A DNA stretch of 64,000 nucleotides, from the NCBI GenBank assembly GCA_003427395.1, contig BFEA01000012.1:1035059-1099058 (forward strand). The letters run 5' to 3'. A program made the position numbers and the translations under genes. Positions 62,023-64,000 of the stretch are shown piece by piece (positions within the stretch are counted from its first letter, which is position 1; each line of letters opens with the position of its first letter). The DNA is from Chara braunii (taxonomy: Eukaryota; Plantae; Charophyceae). The notes under the pieces are model-generated. The model was not told the origin of the DNA. It made no database searches and saw only the letters and a list, made by a program, of their open reading frames with translations.

Positions 62023-63040
62023 GTGGCAGGGCGGATTGGCAGGGGTTGGTAAATAACTAGGGATGAATGGTGGACATGATCACGCAGCGCTGACCGCTCG
62101 TTTCTCTTTTGTAGTTTGGATTCGTTTTCTTAGGTAGTACCTTTTTGCACATGATTTCTTAATGGTTGGTGGAATTTTATAAATGTTGTTCGTTTAATGG
62201 TCGGTGGAATTTAGGTCACTAAATTAGGGTTGACATGACTATTGTGATTAGAGGTTTTAGCGATGAACTTCAGATTTTGTTGATAAATTTCGTTGAATTT
62301 TTAGTGGTATGGGCTGTGGAGTTGGCTGTGGAGTTGGCTGCAGGGTGAAATCTAGTGGTATGTGCTTGGCCGGTGATGCTTAGCCCGCCTAGGGCCCCAC
62401 CTAATTTTTGTGAGGGACGCCGGGCCCGATTGCCGGCTTATATAAATGTTGTGTTTTAAAATAACATAGTTTTTTTTCGGAGCTTTTTTAGTTTTTTTTT
62501 TCTTTCTGGGACCGTCTCTGGTCCTTGCACGGGCTGGCCACCCGGGACGGCCCGGCCGGTAGTCTTTTTTTTTTTTTTTTGTACCGTTGCCCTTTTCAAA
62601 GAAAGAGAGGAAGGAAGGAAAAAAAAGCATAAAAAAATATCACTTGTGCTTGTTAATCTCTGGCGATCCCAAAGGGTGATTTCCCCCCACCCCCCTCCCC
62701 CCTAAAACAAAGGGTTATTTACAGTCTTAAACCTTAACTGATTTGACGTCATTCCCAACCGCTCATCTCGACCTCATTGCCCCTGTTGGACCACACTCAC
62801 ATTTCGTTCGTGAGTCACTGATTTGACGTCATCACTCCCAACTGCTCACTCACAACGGTAGCAAATTCGCATAATCTAAAAAAAATAGTAAAGGCCTGAT
62901 TTATGGAAATAGTGGTGGCGCCAGTCACACCATGTCCCTAATTCTCCCATTTCCCAGAGTCACAGCAGCAGCTCACCCGATGTGGAGTTTCGGAGGTAGC
63001 CAGTCACACCCTTTTTTCCCTCACCCTCTTTTTTTTCTTT

Positions 63041-63092
<52 letters not shown>

Positions 63093-64000
63093 TCTTGTCA
63101 TTTTCCCAATTGCTATCCGGCCAATATCTTCGCTTACGAATTTTAAATCACTTTTTGAAAGTTAATTAAGAAAAGAATAAGGAATTTGTGGTAACCACCC
63201 GAGGGTACCACAAAGTTCCGACCCCTGCGGCCCCTCGGGCCGCTGACAAAAGAGGGTTCACGAATAAAGGCATCGGCACAGCACGCTCGAAATAAATGTG
63301 CAAAATGAGGATGAACTTCCCGCGAGAACATGACCAGATGCACCCGCTACATTTTTGTCGTTTTCACATTTCGAGAGTGGTGTGGCGATGCCCTAAGTAG
63401 TTTGTGAAAATGCCAAGTGGTTTGCGAAATGCGAACGGGGTGTGACTCTACCCCTCGACACTATTTTGGGGGGGTATTTTGGGGGTTATGCGAATTTGGT
63501 AATTTGCAGTGTGTCCGTGCTCTGAGTTACATGTAGGCTCGTTGGTCGAGCGATAATTTTCGTCCCGGACGATCCTCTTCGGTCGGTGGTTGCCAAGTAG
63601 TAGCTAACCCCCGGTAGCAAGGATATGGCTTATTAGCAGCGCATACGCACACTACCGATAGCATTCGTTGATTGATGGCGGTAATTAGGGCCAGATACGT
63701 CCAAAAAAACCTTGGTGTGAGTTCCAACTTGGTTGCGTTTGCTCTCCTCTCACCACTACACCCCTGCCGTCGCCTGCATAAGGAAATGCGGCTGTTAGGA
63801 TAGCAAAACGAAAGAGGGACTCTTTTTTTTTTTTTCGGTTTTTTTTTTTTTGTAACTTTCGAGATTGGTGGCGATTGGGCCATGATGGCGATTTTTCACA
63901 GGTCTCCCAAAACTCCTAAATCCATTTTTTCACCTCACAGGAGGTATTTACTCTTTGCTTTTAGGGTTTTAAATTACCACGCACTTCCTGTCGCTAGCAG

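Overview
Repeat-rich eukaryotic nuclear DNA from a draft assembly with many N gaps at microsatellites. Plant-type U6 and RRP45, an RLK/Pelle kinase and the TE content suggest a streptophyte, probably a charophyte such as Chara (inference). Two intact intronless genes: an NHL/beta-propeller receptor-like kinase (15276-17837 +) and exosome subunit RRP45/EXOSC9 (55389-57371 +). Also present: a full-length variant U6 snRNA (54454-54555 -), a U6 retrocopy, a cox1 NUMT, a decayed Ty3/Gypsy chromovirus with its 3' LTR, three decayed L1/Tx1-type LINEs, several MITEs, minisatellites and a ~2.4-2.75 kb tandem duplication. The most notable signals are non-coding RNA structures in retroelement-like DNA. 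(1) Five covarying modules at 9189-9889 (-) copy the SRP Alu-domain architecture (hairpin-UGUNR-hairpin) upstream of a LINE-type poly(A) 3' end. (2) A complete type III hammerhead ribozyme sits at 29620-29675 (-). (3) A multi-part structured 3' end is shared by divergent LINEs and recurs more than a dozen times. All structures were read by eye and need covariance-model or biochemical confirmation.
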